A DNA stretch of 64,000 bases, from positions 40,864,001 to 40,928,000 of the forward strand of contig CP068257.2 of the NCBI GenBank assembly GCA_009914755.4, in the 5' to 3' direction. Below, one piece after another: positions 16,790 through 29,267 of the stretch. Position numbers and translations under genes: made by a program. Source of the stretch: the human T2T-CHM13v2.0 reference genome, Homo sapiens. Numbering within the stretch: the first letter of the stretch is position 1; each line of letters opens with the position of its first letter. The notes beneath the pieces were generated by a model. That model did not search any database. It saw nothing but the letters and a program-made list of their open reading frames with translations, and had not been told where the DNA came from.

Positions 16790-17060
16790 TCCTTTACAGT
16801 AAACATGAGTAAAGTGCTTTCCTGAGTCCTATGAGCCGCTATGGCACATTATCAAACCTGAGTAGGGTGTTGTAGGAACCCCCAATTTGTAGCCGAGTCA
16901 GGTAGAACTGTGGGTACCCTCCGGATCCACAACTTGAGGTTGACATCTGAAGTGGGGCAGTCTTGGAAACTGAGCCCTTAACCTGTGGGGTCTGTGCTAA
17001 CTCTGGGTGGTGTCAGAATGGAGTTGCATCATTGGAAACTCAGTTGGTGTTCACAGAAGA
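16790..17060 (+). mobile_element. Diverged copy of an unnamed interspersed repeat family (...aaagtgctttcctgagtcctatgagccgctatggcacattatcaaacctgag...). A second copy lies at 50900-51200.
   Basis: The two loci share ~65-75% identity over ~250 bp in the same orientation: gtgtttccctgagttctacgagctgctctggcaaattaatcgaacctgagaagggg... The family name was not determined. Confidence 0.5.
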
Positions 17061-18474
17061 CTGGAGAAGTACATAGCATGGAAAATCCATGCATTTGGTG
17101 TCAGAGAAACAGTTACCCATTTTTAACCTTCATATTCAAAATTCCTTAAATCCCTTATCCTAAATATCTTCGTGTGTGTGTGTGTTGTTCAAATTGTATC
17201 AACATCTACACTAAAATCAAAAGTGACAAGAATGAGATTAGGTGCATAAGGATTTGGAAAGAATTAAATTAAGCCCCAAATTAAATTGTTTAAAGTTGAT
17301 TTAAAAAGCAGATGGTGCTTCTTATAGAGCAAGCCTTCTGGGATTTATGAAACAAAACAAAACAATTTCTATCTAACAGGGATGGTATTAAAACCCTCCA
17401 TCTTGGTCTCAGAATTGGACAGAATCATCACTGACATCTATTAAAATAAGAACCACCTACTGGTTCTTATTTTATCTAGGAGCAAAGCAAGCAACTATAG
17501 CTCGCACTTTGTAAGAATATGTCCTCCTCACTAAGAAGTGATGCTGTCACAAGTGGTACATCACAGTCCTAGCCCCAGTTACTGAGTGCTCACTATGGAT
17601 CAGGCAAGGTTGCAGGTGTCTCCCTGTGTTTATCCATTGAATCTTCATGCTACAGATGAGAAACTGAGGCAAGGAGATGTGAAGTCACCTATGCAAGCTC
17701 ACACCTATTGTCACCAGAGTCCAAGGTTAGGGTCACAGATCTTTTTGGAAATCTGAAGAAAACTAGACAATTTCTTTCTTCCTAGGGAAAAAACAAAAAG
17801 CCCAGAACACAGAATTTTATATACACTTTCTGAAGACTCACAACACGCTCCCTGCCGGTCCCCCTGCCCAGGTTTGGGATATCACTAATGTGGTCACACC
17901 AGGTGACAACGGCACAAGGGGCGGCAGGGAGGTTCTTGGAAATAAAGGAAAAAGAATCCTCCTCAAACATAACATTGGCCTGTAAGGACTTATGGCACAG
18001 GTAGGAAAAGTCAGTTTAACAAGGCAGGAAGACTCCCAGACAGGAAGCCCTGATGTAAGGAAACACTCGATCTGAAGAAATAACACATCCGTCAGATGGC
18101 GGGGTTGGTCAGAAATGGAAAATGCAAAGACAGGTTCAGGAAGATGAATGCCGCAGAGCAGCTGAAGCCGTGGGTCCACCAGCTGCGAGGCCTGCGTCCA
18201 CTCAGGAGCCTCCCTTTTGTCTGCTCCCAGGACATGGACATGCTGGCCACAGGGACAGATTTCCCACTACAGATTCATTAGTGAGTTAATTAATTACAAG
18301 GCTTTCCTATTTCTGCATCAACACTGTGAATATAGTAACACGATCTGTGTTCGTTGAATGAGTAACTGGAGAACTTTAAGCTTTCTCATACATGTCAGTA
18401 TTCACAGACAAGTTCAGTCATAAAGAAAGAAAAACTTCTGTAACACGAAAATCTGCTTAGTGATAACATTTTAC

Positions 18475-18580
18475 CTTCATATCTGGATCCATCTGGATAT
18501 ATAAAAGTGCCTTGACCGTGCTTTTTATTTCTAACATATTCTCCGATATATCGAGCACCATTTTTAAATTTGTAGATCCC
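18475..18580 (-). CDS. RSPH1: RSPH1 coding exon 3: [35 protein letters not shown](G) (MORN repeats)
   Basis: Acceptor tgtttcag|GGGATC and donor TATGAAG|gtaaaatg. Embedded in track ORF 18395..18832. Confidence 0.9.
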
Positions 18581-18682
18581 CTGAAACACATTGATTATAT
18601 CATTCATATCATTGCTGAATGTAGCATTTGCTAACAGAGTATTAAATAGAGAAAACCATCCAGTCAAGTCAACGGTTCTGAC

Positions 18683-18796
18683 CTGGCCATGTCTTTTACC
18701 GAATTCGTAGCTCCCTTCGTAGGTGTCCCCGTTGGGTAGCCGTGCCCTCCCACGTCCGTGCCTTTCGCCTGCCTCATTCCGACCCCCCTCATATTC
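18683..18796 (-). CDS. RSPH1: RSPH1 coding exon 2: [38 protein letters not shown] (MORN repeats)
   Basis: Acceptor cattacccag|GAATAT and donor GGCCAG|gtcaga. In frame with the exon-1 ending ...NDIG. Confidence 0.9.
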
Positions 18797-19469
18797 CTGG
18801 GTAATGAAAATTGACACAATTACAGCTACCATTCATTAAGCGCTAACCAGGTGCTAAGCATTTTGTAAATATCATACCCTTGAGTCATCCCACTATGCTA
18901 AACCCCCGGCACTATACTCAATTGTCCCACCTTTCCCACCTTAAAGTTGAGGTAGGTAACAACGCCTGGGCTAGATGAGGCACTGGACCAAGGCCACACC
19001 CCAGCACATGTCCAGGGCGGAAGCCTCATTCCCTCCCTCCAACACAGAGCTTGCAATTCATTGTGATAATCCTTTACCCTGTAAGCAAGGTTAACCAATT
19101 TGTGAAAAATGCTAGATACTCTAAGCTGTGTTCTTAGTAGGAACATGCTTGAAATAGTACATGCGGGTAGAACAGTTCAAGTCCACACAAATACCTCCCC
19201 GTTTGCTTCCTTCAGTAATCCAGGATTTCAAAGGCAAATGCCCAGAGAGAAGCAACTCTTCCCTCAAATGATCCCTGGGGCGGGGTGTGGCCTGAAGAGA
19301 CCTTTGCCCTGCAAGGAATTTCCGATGGAAGGGACAGGTTGGAGGGCACTGAGGAGTACACAGGGCTCCCTTGCTGATTAAGTTTATCTTATTTTTAAGA
19401 CCCCTAGCAAGAGACTTAAGGTTCGAACACTCATGACCCAATGCTGCAATAATTATGTATCTATCTGTG

Positions 19470-19762
19470 GTTTGTTTTTGTTTTTGAGACAGGGCCTCAC
19501 TCTGTTGCCAAGGCTAGAGTGCAGTGGCACAATCTCAGCTCACTGCAACCTCCGCCTCCCAGGCTCCAGTGATCCTTCCACCTCAGACTGCTGAGTAGCT
19601 GAGACTATAGGCATGCGCCACCATTCCCAGCTAATTTTAAAATTTTTTTGTAGAGACAAGGTCTCACTATATTGCCCTGGCTGGTCTCAAAGTCCTGGAC
19701 TCAAGCGATCCTTGGCCTCCCAAAGTGCTGGAATTACAGGTATGAGCCACCATGCCTGCTCA
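19470..19762 (-). mobile_element. Alu (minus)
   Basis: tttttgagacagggcctcactctgttgccaaggctagagtgcagtggcacaatctcagctcactgcaacctcc...gaattacaggtatgagccaccatgcctgctc. Confidence 0.93.
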
Positions 19763-20413
19763 ATTATGTGTCTATCTTAAAAGTAAATAAATAAAAAATG
19801 TGATCAAAGCTTGCAATTTTCCTATCCTTCAGAAAATAAATGTTCCTTAGCACCTAATACATGGGTATAGAGTGAATATAGTAAATAATAAAATGCTGAA
19901 AGCATCCAGTAATGATTTAACATGGGTATCTCATAACATCACACTGTATTTCTTAAATATACATAATAAAATTTATTAAAAATTAAAATTAAGAAATTGA
20001 ATTGGATGTATATAGACTTATTATAACACAAGTACTGACACACTACATTGAGGACTTCAGAAATAAACGTCTGTGCAATTCTTGCCCTTTTCTAGCACTG
20101 TTTGGACCACTAATTCCTGCCTAGAATATAAGGTAAAAATCTGCGACCTCACAGATTTGTTTCAGGGTTAGTTTACATCAAAATGTACAAAAGTCCCCTC
20201 CTTCTATCCAAGAGGCTTCCCAATACACCCAACACTGAGCCGCTGGGGTGGCTGAATAAGACAGAAATCCTTTAAAATGACCCCAAATGTGATCTGAACC
20301 TAAAAATTATAGGCACTAAAAAGTTACAAATCAGTGGGGCCATTTGAGGAGACAAACTAGAAATCTTGCTGGTCAAGTGTTGCAGGTTGGGTTCACCTAG
20401 AAACAGACCCTGA

Positions 20414-20747
<334 letters not shown>

Positions 20748-21849
20748 TAGTAAAGAGGGCAGGGAAGTAGACATGAAAGGGCAGGCAGCTAAGGAAGGAT
20801 GCCTTTGCAGGTGAAGTCCCAGACTTGGCCTAATCCAACAGGGACTCTGGGGGCATCAATCGCACTGCAGACTTTGTCCTGCTTCTTGCACTAGCTACTG
20901 GCTGTCTGGCCGGATGTGAATTTCAGGCACTTCTGGCTCTCCATACTGGGCAGGTAGTTCCAGCGCACAGAGGTGATAGCTTGAGTAGCAAATCAGGCGG
21001 AAGCTGGGAGATGAGTGCCCAGAGCTAGCAAAAAGGTCTGGGCAGGCACTGACAGCACCACTGCAGAGTCGCTAGATTTTTCAGTTAATTCTGAAAGTAC
21101 CTCAACTCTGTACTGTGCATGCAGACCATAGTGGCTGAGGTTCCCTACCTGTCAGCCATGGAGAGGTCACTCTCTGGAGTAGGGAGGAACTACTCTCTGG
21201 GTGATAGAAATATTCCCACACAGAACCCAGCTCACAGGCTGGATGTGCCCTCTTTCTCCTCTCTGCTGCCTAACTCAGGAAATAACTCCAAAGACCTGGG
21301 TCAGTTCAGATGGGGACTGAAGAAAGCACATGTGAGGATACGCCTATAAGGTAATATCTTCAGGAACCCTCTCCTGAGCCCAGGGCCTCCTCAGCATTTC
21401 TTGGAGGCTGCCAGGAAGCAACTATCCTCCATGCATCTAAATGCCGGGGGAGCAAATCTCAGCTACAGAAATGACTTATTCAAGGGCAGTATGGCAGCGT
21501 GGGATGATCTGCTCATCCGAGAAAACTGCCTCGATGGGAATTAACACAGGGAGGAGGAAACTTCCAAAGCCTTCCGCTGGGAAATCTTTGCCTTTAATGG
21601 GAGGCAGGATGGGGGTGGGGGAAGAACGAGGCGGCATGTGGTAACCAGACGTCACAGCGTTTCACTTTTCACCATCAACTTCCAGGACGCACGCAGGTGT
21701 GTCTGGCGTGGCCTTCGTCCCTGCCGGGGATCCTGGGGAGCTGTGGCTCAGACCTCTGGTTTCTGCGCCTCCTCACTCTCCAAACCCAACCTCGAGGTTC
21801 CCCCGCCGCTGCGCACCCTGGGAAGCCCTTTCTCACCAGGAGCTCTCAC

Positions 21850-21903
21850 CCCAATATCATTCTCTCCCTCCTCCTCCAACTCCTCCGAGCCCAGGTCCGA
21901 CAT
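21850..21903 (-). CDS. RSPH1: RSPH1 exon 1, coding part: MSDLGSEELEEEGENDIG. The 5'UTR continues to roughly 21950-22000.
   Basis: The reverse complement reads ATGTCGGACCTGGGCTCGGAGGAGTTGGAGGAGGAGGGAGAGAATGATATTGGG followed by gtgagag. The exon lies inside a CpG island. Confidence 0.88.
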
Positions 21904-22064
21904 GGTCTCGCCCCAGCCTGGATCACAGCCGCAGCGCCTCTAGCAGGTGGGTAGCAACCGCCTCCACCGCCGCGTCCCGCGTCGCCATGGAGACGCGGCC
22001 GGTCCCGCCTCCCTCCCAGCCCGGAAGATGGGGAGCGGGGACAGGCGACGCGGACGAAGCGGGA

Positions 22065-22251
22065 GGAGCCACTGGCAGCCTTTGCGTACTGTCATAGCAA
22101 CGGGAAGGGCACCTCGACCAATCACCGCCCGGGAATACGGAGGGGCGGGGCGGAAGGGACGAGGTGGAGCCAGTGGCAGCACTCTGGTGCCGTCATAGCA
22201 ACGAGGGGCCGCTTCGGCCAATCACTGCTCGGGAAGCGAGGGGGCGGGGAC
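22065..22251 (+). repeat. Tandem duplication (2 x ~87 bp, period ~101 bp) of a promoter module: ggagccaNtggcagc...gtcatagcaacg...gNccaatcac...ggggcgggg
   Basis: Direct alignment of 22065-22151 with 22166-22251. Each copy carries a CCAAT box, a GC box and the TAGCAAC motif. Confidence 0.8.
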
Positions 22252-25200
22252 TGGGCAGGGCCTGAGCGGGTTCTGTGCCTGGCTGCCCACCGGCTCTCTG
22301 ACCTGGACCTCGCCGTCGCTGGCCCCTGAAATCCATCACTTTTGTCGGCTGTTCTGTGACGCCACAACGAGGAGCCACCTGGGTACTGGGCCCTCAAGAG
22401 GAAGGACGCGGGAAACGCGTCCGGGCCAACTCTCGAGAGGGTTTCACCCCTGCCCAGTGCGGGCACTGCCCGCTCCCTTCCGCCCCCAGGCCTCGCAGGC
22501 CCCTCCGGGGGTGCTGCCCACCCCCACTTACCTTTCTAGGCTCTGCTGACCCTTCGGGATTCGCGGCTAGCTGTGATGTGTCCGCCAAGATCTCTTCTCT
22601 TGTCTGTAAACAACTTCACTCTCAAGGAGGCAGCTCTGGCCTCTCAGCAGGTGCGGCCTACAGTGATGTCCGTCCGGGTTTTACATCCTTCCCCGACCTC
22701 GACATGAGTCCCAGCCCCCTCGGGCCTCTGACTCTCAGGTGTCCCCTACGATCGCCGTCCTCTCCTCTCGCTCCTGGCTCCCCTACACTGTCACACACCC
22801 ACACAATCACAGACGCACACGCATGTACACGTGCAGGCTTGGAAATCTGCTTTACCTGACGCACTCCGCCTGCCGAAGGCCCCTCACATCTCCCATTTCC
22901 TCTGCCATCATCCCAGACTGCAAAGCTGTGTTATTTGTTGTTGCTGCAGGAGCTGGGGAGGAGTGACTGAATAACTATAGGATTTGGTCTTGATGGGAGA
23001 ATCCCAGAAGCCAAATCCACGCGGTGAATAAGCTGCTGATCTTCCAGAGCACACATCCCCTAGAGATTCTTCCCAATGCTAATATGAAAGGTTACAACCA
23101 TAACCCATCATCAGGCCCAAATATATTACTTACTGAATAAATACACAAGTTACAACAACACACGAGATTCCAAAATTATGTCGTTTTTTAGATGCAAAGA
23201 TAAAAATGTTGTAAACACCAAAATTTAACAGCTTTTCTTATGGGGAAAAGTGGGGAGTTAGGGATAACAGATGATTATTATTTTCTTCTCTACATATTGG
23301 CAGTTACCCAGTTACTACAATTAAGCATGTCCTATTTTTATAATAAAATGCCAGAAGCATTTTAAATGTTAGAAATCTAGAATGGTAACATAAGTATATG
23401 CAAATAAATACTCGTTTTTTACATTTAAAATGTCAGAAATTTAGCTTTCAAATTTGTCCTAACAATGACAGTAACCAGTGTTTACTAAGTTCTGACACTG
23501 TGTGTGGGCACTGTTTTAAGAATTTTATGAGTTATCTTATTAAATCCTCACTATCATTCCTCCATTGAACATCTAAGGAAAGGGAGTTATAGGGGGTTAT
23601 AAACTAAAAATAACCTCCTAAGCCCCACCACAGCCAACTGAATGGACCCCTCTTGGCCAAGAGGGCCCCAGAAACCTTAAAAACTGCGTTCTCAGCCATG
23701 ATGGGAAGGGAGGTCGAACATGCCTCACTAATACCCTTGTGCAGTTTAGACACAACAACTAACAAGCATTAATGTTAAAATAGAGATCATAAGACTGACA
23801 GAATGGACGCTGTGGCAGTAAGATACCAACTTACAAACAGGACCTAAGGCCATGCCAGGCATGAGTTAAGTCATGCATCCCTACACTTAAAAGAATAAAC
23901 TATATTTTAACTACCTGGAGAAGGTCTTATGACTCGTGTTTTACATCCTGTACTTGAGCAAACAATCTTACTGTGAATCTCTCAAATCGTATCATGAGTT
24001 CCTCAGACTGTTGATGTACTAATTAATACGTAAACTACTGACACTGAAAAGGATACTGATTTGTTTCTGAATCATGACGTTTCACTGATTGTCTTGTGCA
24101 TATGCAGAAAACATTTTAGCCTGTATGTTGTCATCTGTAGCCAATGATTGTAACCTCTATATTGTCCCTCCAATGAAAAAAGACAACTGCAATATGAGGA
24201 GTCCCCTTCCCATTCCTCAACTTTCTTATAAAAGCACTGCAACTTGTAACAGACTTTGGAACACACCCAACTTTGTTGGTGTGTCTTCCCCATTCAATCT
24301 TCAAATTTGGCTTTCAATAAGCCTTTATCAATTTCCGCCTCAACAGCCTTAACTTTGGTCGACAGCAGTTAAGATCCTTACCCAAGATCATACAGCTAGT
24401 GGGATTCAAATCAAGCCAGCTGACCCAAGAGCAACTGTTGCCCATCACTATACTGCCTCCCAGATCTGTGATATAAAGAAATAACTATAGTTTTCTGGCA
24501 GTGACTAAACCATCTACCAAGCAGAGGACCACTAGTTCAAATGCCTTGGATTGCAAACACCAGAGAGTGGCTTAAGCAAACCACATGGTTAAGCAAACCC
24601 TGTTCTGGATCACATCATTAGCAGCTAGACGTCTAGCTATAGCTATTAAATCCTAAGGTTTACAATTTGATTTCTATCCCATACGAATTAGCCAGGGTCT
24701 TCCCTCCCAAATCTTTCAGTCAATCTATAGTAATTTCACCACACTGTGGGTTTGGCAATTATCCAAATAATTGACACCAAAGGCAAGAAGGGGTGAACAA
24801 CAGGATGGGCCTCCCGGCATCTCCTGCAGCAGCACCTGGACTGGATTCTAAATTCCTCCTTCCAGAAAGAAGCTGCATCCCAGCCCAGATCCAGCTGAGA
24901 GCCACAGCTGCCAAGAGGCAGTCGGAGCTCTGGGCACCTCTCTGTGCACCCAGGAAGCCCCAGGAGGACTTCATCAAGCCAAGTCGATGCCTCACTCAGA
25001 GCCCCAGGATCCCTGACTCCTAACCCCACAGTGACCTGGAAATGCCTGGTGATGCCAGAAGCAGCGCTTTCCAATTCTGAAGGCCCTCAAAATGCTTGTT
25101 CAGCCCACCTTCCTCCTTTCCTGGGGCGTGGGAGTGGTGGGGAGATGAGAGGCAGAAAGATGAGGACATCATCAGGAGGTTTTTCCTTACTGGAAAATGA

Positions 25201-25261
25201 GAGGAAATCCTCTTTCACTACTTAAAAATCAAAAGGGGCTGTCCATATTCCTCTGGCAGGG

Positions 25262-25350
25262 GTCTCCCATCATCCCCCGCGAGGCATTCCCATTATCCCC
25301 TGCGGAGCTTTCCCATCATCCACAGAGGCCCTTCCCATAACCCCCAAGTG
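25262..25350. repeat. Degenerate ~23-bp tandem repeat x4 (tcccat[c/t]atcc[cc]...gcg[a/g]g[gc]...)
   Basis: ggtctcccatcatcccccgcgaggcattcccattatcccctgcggagctttcccatcatccacagaggcccttcccataacccccaagtggg. Confidence 0.7.
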
Positions 25351-26049
25351 GGAAGTTCGCGCAAGTGCGGCTCTGCAGGGAGGAGGGAGGGCCGAGGGGA
25401 AGGCCCTCGAGAGAGTGGAGGGCAACAGTGGCCACGGTTCCTCTGTACTTCGTTTCTTCCGTAAGAAATGATCTTCTTGTCCTTCTTAAGTATAAATGGA
25501 GCGATCCATTTCCTTTTACCCATTAACCCCTTCAAAAAGAAGAAAAACAGTCCCAGGCTGGCCATGGTTGATCTCTGCAGGGGGGCTGGTCAGGGTGCCT
25601 TCTGCTTCCTGGTGGGATGGCCTAGGCCGGGGAAACTGTTGAAACCACCCTGGGGCTGCCTTCTGTATTTTCCACAACCTTCCAGGCCCACCTCCCAGCT
25701 GGAGGCCCTGCAGCTTGGCAGTTGCCATGGCGACTGAGTCCCTAAGTGTGTCTCTTCTGAGCTCTCCTGGACAGTGTGGAGAAAAGGCCTTAAGAACTGA
25801 GGGGCTTCAGTAAAATGCAAACAGATTTTTTTTTTGTAGGCACTGTTCAGATAAAAAGCAGGGACTTTCAACAAAATGAGTTCAGGTCCATCTTAACTAT
25901 AGAACTATGAGGTTGTTTATTAGAATAATTGTACTCTGGTAAATTTACCAATTTCATATATATGCATATTTATAAACAAACATATTAGAGTATATAGATA
26001 GAAAAAGTTCTATCTACATGTAGAATCGAAAACTTTTTAAAATAGTGTT

Positions 26050-26250
26050 GGTAGTATCACACATTGCCATTTAGTGGATAGAGACAGACCCGAGATTGGA
26101 GCCCTAGCTCCGTATACTTCTTTCTGAAGTCAGTCTACTCATCTGTAAAATGGGCTGTTGTGAGGTCAAAATTAGATATTCATAATGAGAGTAGCATAGT
26201 GCCTAGCACAAAGTAAAGCACTTAGTAAATGGGAGCTATTACTATTAATT
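26050..26250 (+). mobile_element. MIR (mammalian-wide interspersed repeat) fragment. A second small MIR-tail piece sits at ~26800-26870.
   Basis: ...ctactcatctgtaaaatgggctgttgtgaggtcaaaattagatattcataatgagagtagcatagtgcctagcacaaagtaaagcacttagtaaatggg matches the MIR core. Confidence 0.75.
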
Positions 26251-27141
26251 GTACTGCTGTTAATCTTACAATAGGTTAAGCACCTTTTGTCTATCAGTAT
26301 GTTTGGGGGGGAATTTTAACTCAAGTTTATCTTAATCGTTTTCAGTCGTGTTTTTTTCTTGAAAAGAATCAAACTGCCAAAGATGATTCTGTCAGTTGTT
26401 TGTGACAATCAGAAGTTAGTCTGTGACGAACAGATTAGTTTTAATGCTCATATTCATTAGCACTAATATACATAAGGGTGGGGAGAGACTGAAGCTTCTG
26501 GAAATATATAGACAGGTAGATTCTTAAGCGTAAGTAGGTATTTGAACTGTTTGTGGATTATGTCTCATAAAATTGGCACCCAGCAAGGAGGAAAATGCCA
26601 GATACACACACGCCCATACCTGAGGTATGTAGGTCAATGGAAGGCTATTGAAACACAGTTGTCAAGAGAGAAATGTAAAGTATTTTTCACCCAGGAAGTG
26701 AGATTATTCAGTGATGCATCAAAACCAGTAGGGAAAACAGTTTAGTGGACACCAGTGTGGAGACGAGATGTCAGAAAATTGGATAGACTCGAATTTCACG
26801 TTGGGTAGCAACTCAAGGACATAGCTCAGTGCTTGGCACATAGTAAGTGCTCAACCAACACAGGTTTATCAAATTAAATGTTAGATATTATTTTGCAACA
26901 GAGCTGTGCTTTATGCAGCAGTAGGAAAAGAGAAAAATTGACGTGAAATTTTTTCTTTTTCTTGTTTTTTTATTCTTAAATCACACTCCATTTTCCGAGG
27001 GCTCTCTCAGGATATCAGTTGCTTAACTACGTCTGAGTGTCTTCTAGGTCGAGTACTAGGGGATTACAAGGAAATGAGAAAGAAATTACAGACCCATTGG
27101 GGGGCAAATTCTACATTAATCTACACTGTTAAAAAAATTTA

Positions 27142-27475
<334 letters not shown>

Positions 27476-28937
27476 CTACATGTTAATCCTTCATTCCAAA
27501 GTGGAGGTCACTCTTTCCTACTGGTGGATATGTAAGGCTGGTTCTAGTTTTGATGCTGCAGATAGCCTCACTCTAACCAGCAGTTGTGGTGGGAGATCCT
27601 GTGCTACATGGGGCTGTACTTTTCAAGGTCTAAGGGTGGATCAGATTTTCTAGAAAAGGGACAGGGAAAAAGGTGGCATGCTGAACCACGTGTCCATGAT
27701 TTTCCCAGAATAAGGCTCCCCCTACCCAACTTACAGGAAGGTCATGATCAAATAAGATAACGAGGATGAAATGATTTGGAAGTGCTATAGAAATGTAACG
27801 TGTATATTTAGCTCAGGTTTTAAAATCTTTTAATTATGTAACATTTGATGCATGCAAAAGAACACATATTCACGTATGCCAGCAAAGTAATACAGTGAAC
27901 ACCTGTGAACCCCTGCCCAAAGTAAATAGATGAATGAGTAAATGAAATAAATATTAACATCTGAATGCATAGATCTTTGTCCACATCTCAAATTCAGCTC
28001 TTTGGATTGCAGCTTTATAGAATTGAGAGATTGCTGAGCCTAAATACATGTTGCTGCATTGCCTCCGAGAATGGCCGGACCTATCCCCACTCTCACCAAA
28101 ACAGAGTGTGGGACTCACTGCTCCCTCGCCTACTGTAAGTCCTATTTTTCTTCTTTGCTAATCTGATGGACAGGCAGTGTCTCATAGTGACTTTAGTTTG
28201 TATTCATATTTTCTCGATTATTTGAGAAGATAAGCATTTTTCCCCAAATGTTTATTCTTCACCTATGATAACCCTTGTTAATTATTTAGATTAGTTTTTT
28301 GCAGGCCACTTTCATATATCTGTATATGTTGTTTTCTCTTTCTGAAATGTGATGCCCATGTTTCTCTACCTGGTGAACAATTTGTCAACTTTAATATCTT
28401 ACCAGATGTAACCTTCCTAGGGATGCTGTTTCTAACTGCTGCCGGCCCCTTCTTACCATCTCTCTGGTTGTGCTTCTGACGCATTCCCTACACAACTGGA
28501 ACGTGTTTCCAGGTCAGCCTCCCTAAGCACCTCCCAAGGCCTCCACCCCACAGTGTCGCACAGAACTTGACACATACCAGATGCTCCAATTATTAAATAT
28601 TACCGAGTACTTTTAGAAAATTGGGAACATACAATAAAGTATAATGAAGAAAATAAAGAAAACCAATAATCTCACTTCCCAAAGATAATAACTACTGCCA
28701 TTTTGGTGTGAATCCTTTCATGCTTTTAAAATGCATATATATGTCTATTTAATTGAAATCATTCTATTTGTCACTTACATTATCACATGTCATTATATGG
28801 TGCACATGTCAAAAAAAATTTCCAAAGTGTTTTAAAGACAATAGTATTTCACCTTAAGGATATACCAAAATTATTATGTCACAAATGTTGGATAAGAGAA
28901 TGAATGAAAATCTTTAATATGAAGTTGAACAAGGTAA

Positions 28938-29267
<330 letters not shown>

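Larger units (their letters stand above)
21640..22520. promoter_or_regulatory. CpG island / promoter of RSPH1 (minus), probably bidirectional, with CCAAT boxes and Sp1-type GC boxes
   Basis: Dense CpG and high GC. It contains RSPH1 exon 1, ccaat at 22119-22123 and 22217-22221, and ggggcgggg at 22142-22150 and 22241-22249. Confidence 0.75.

Noticed and set aside
18395-18832. 145-aa minus ORF as one continuous CDS
   Set aside because: It is RSPH1 exons 2 and 3 plus a 102-nt in-frame intron (18581-18682) and flanking intron read-through. The splice sites and the known protein show that the intron is removed.
22085-22205. Full palindromic RFX X-box (GTNRCC-N0-3-RGYAAC) at the gtcatagcaacg motifs
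   Set aside because: Only the right half-site (AGCAAC) matches. The left half (ctgtca / gccgtc) does not fit GTNRCC, so the motif is reported only as a half-site candidate.
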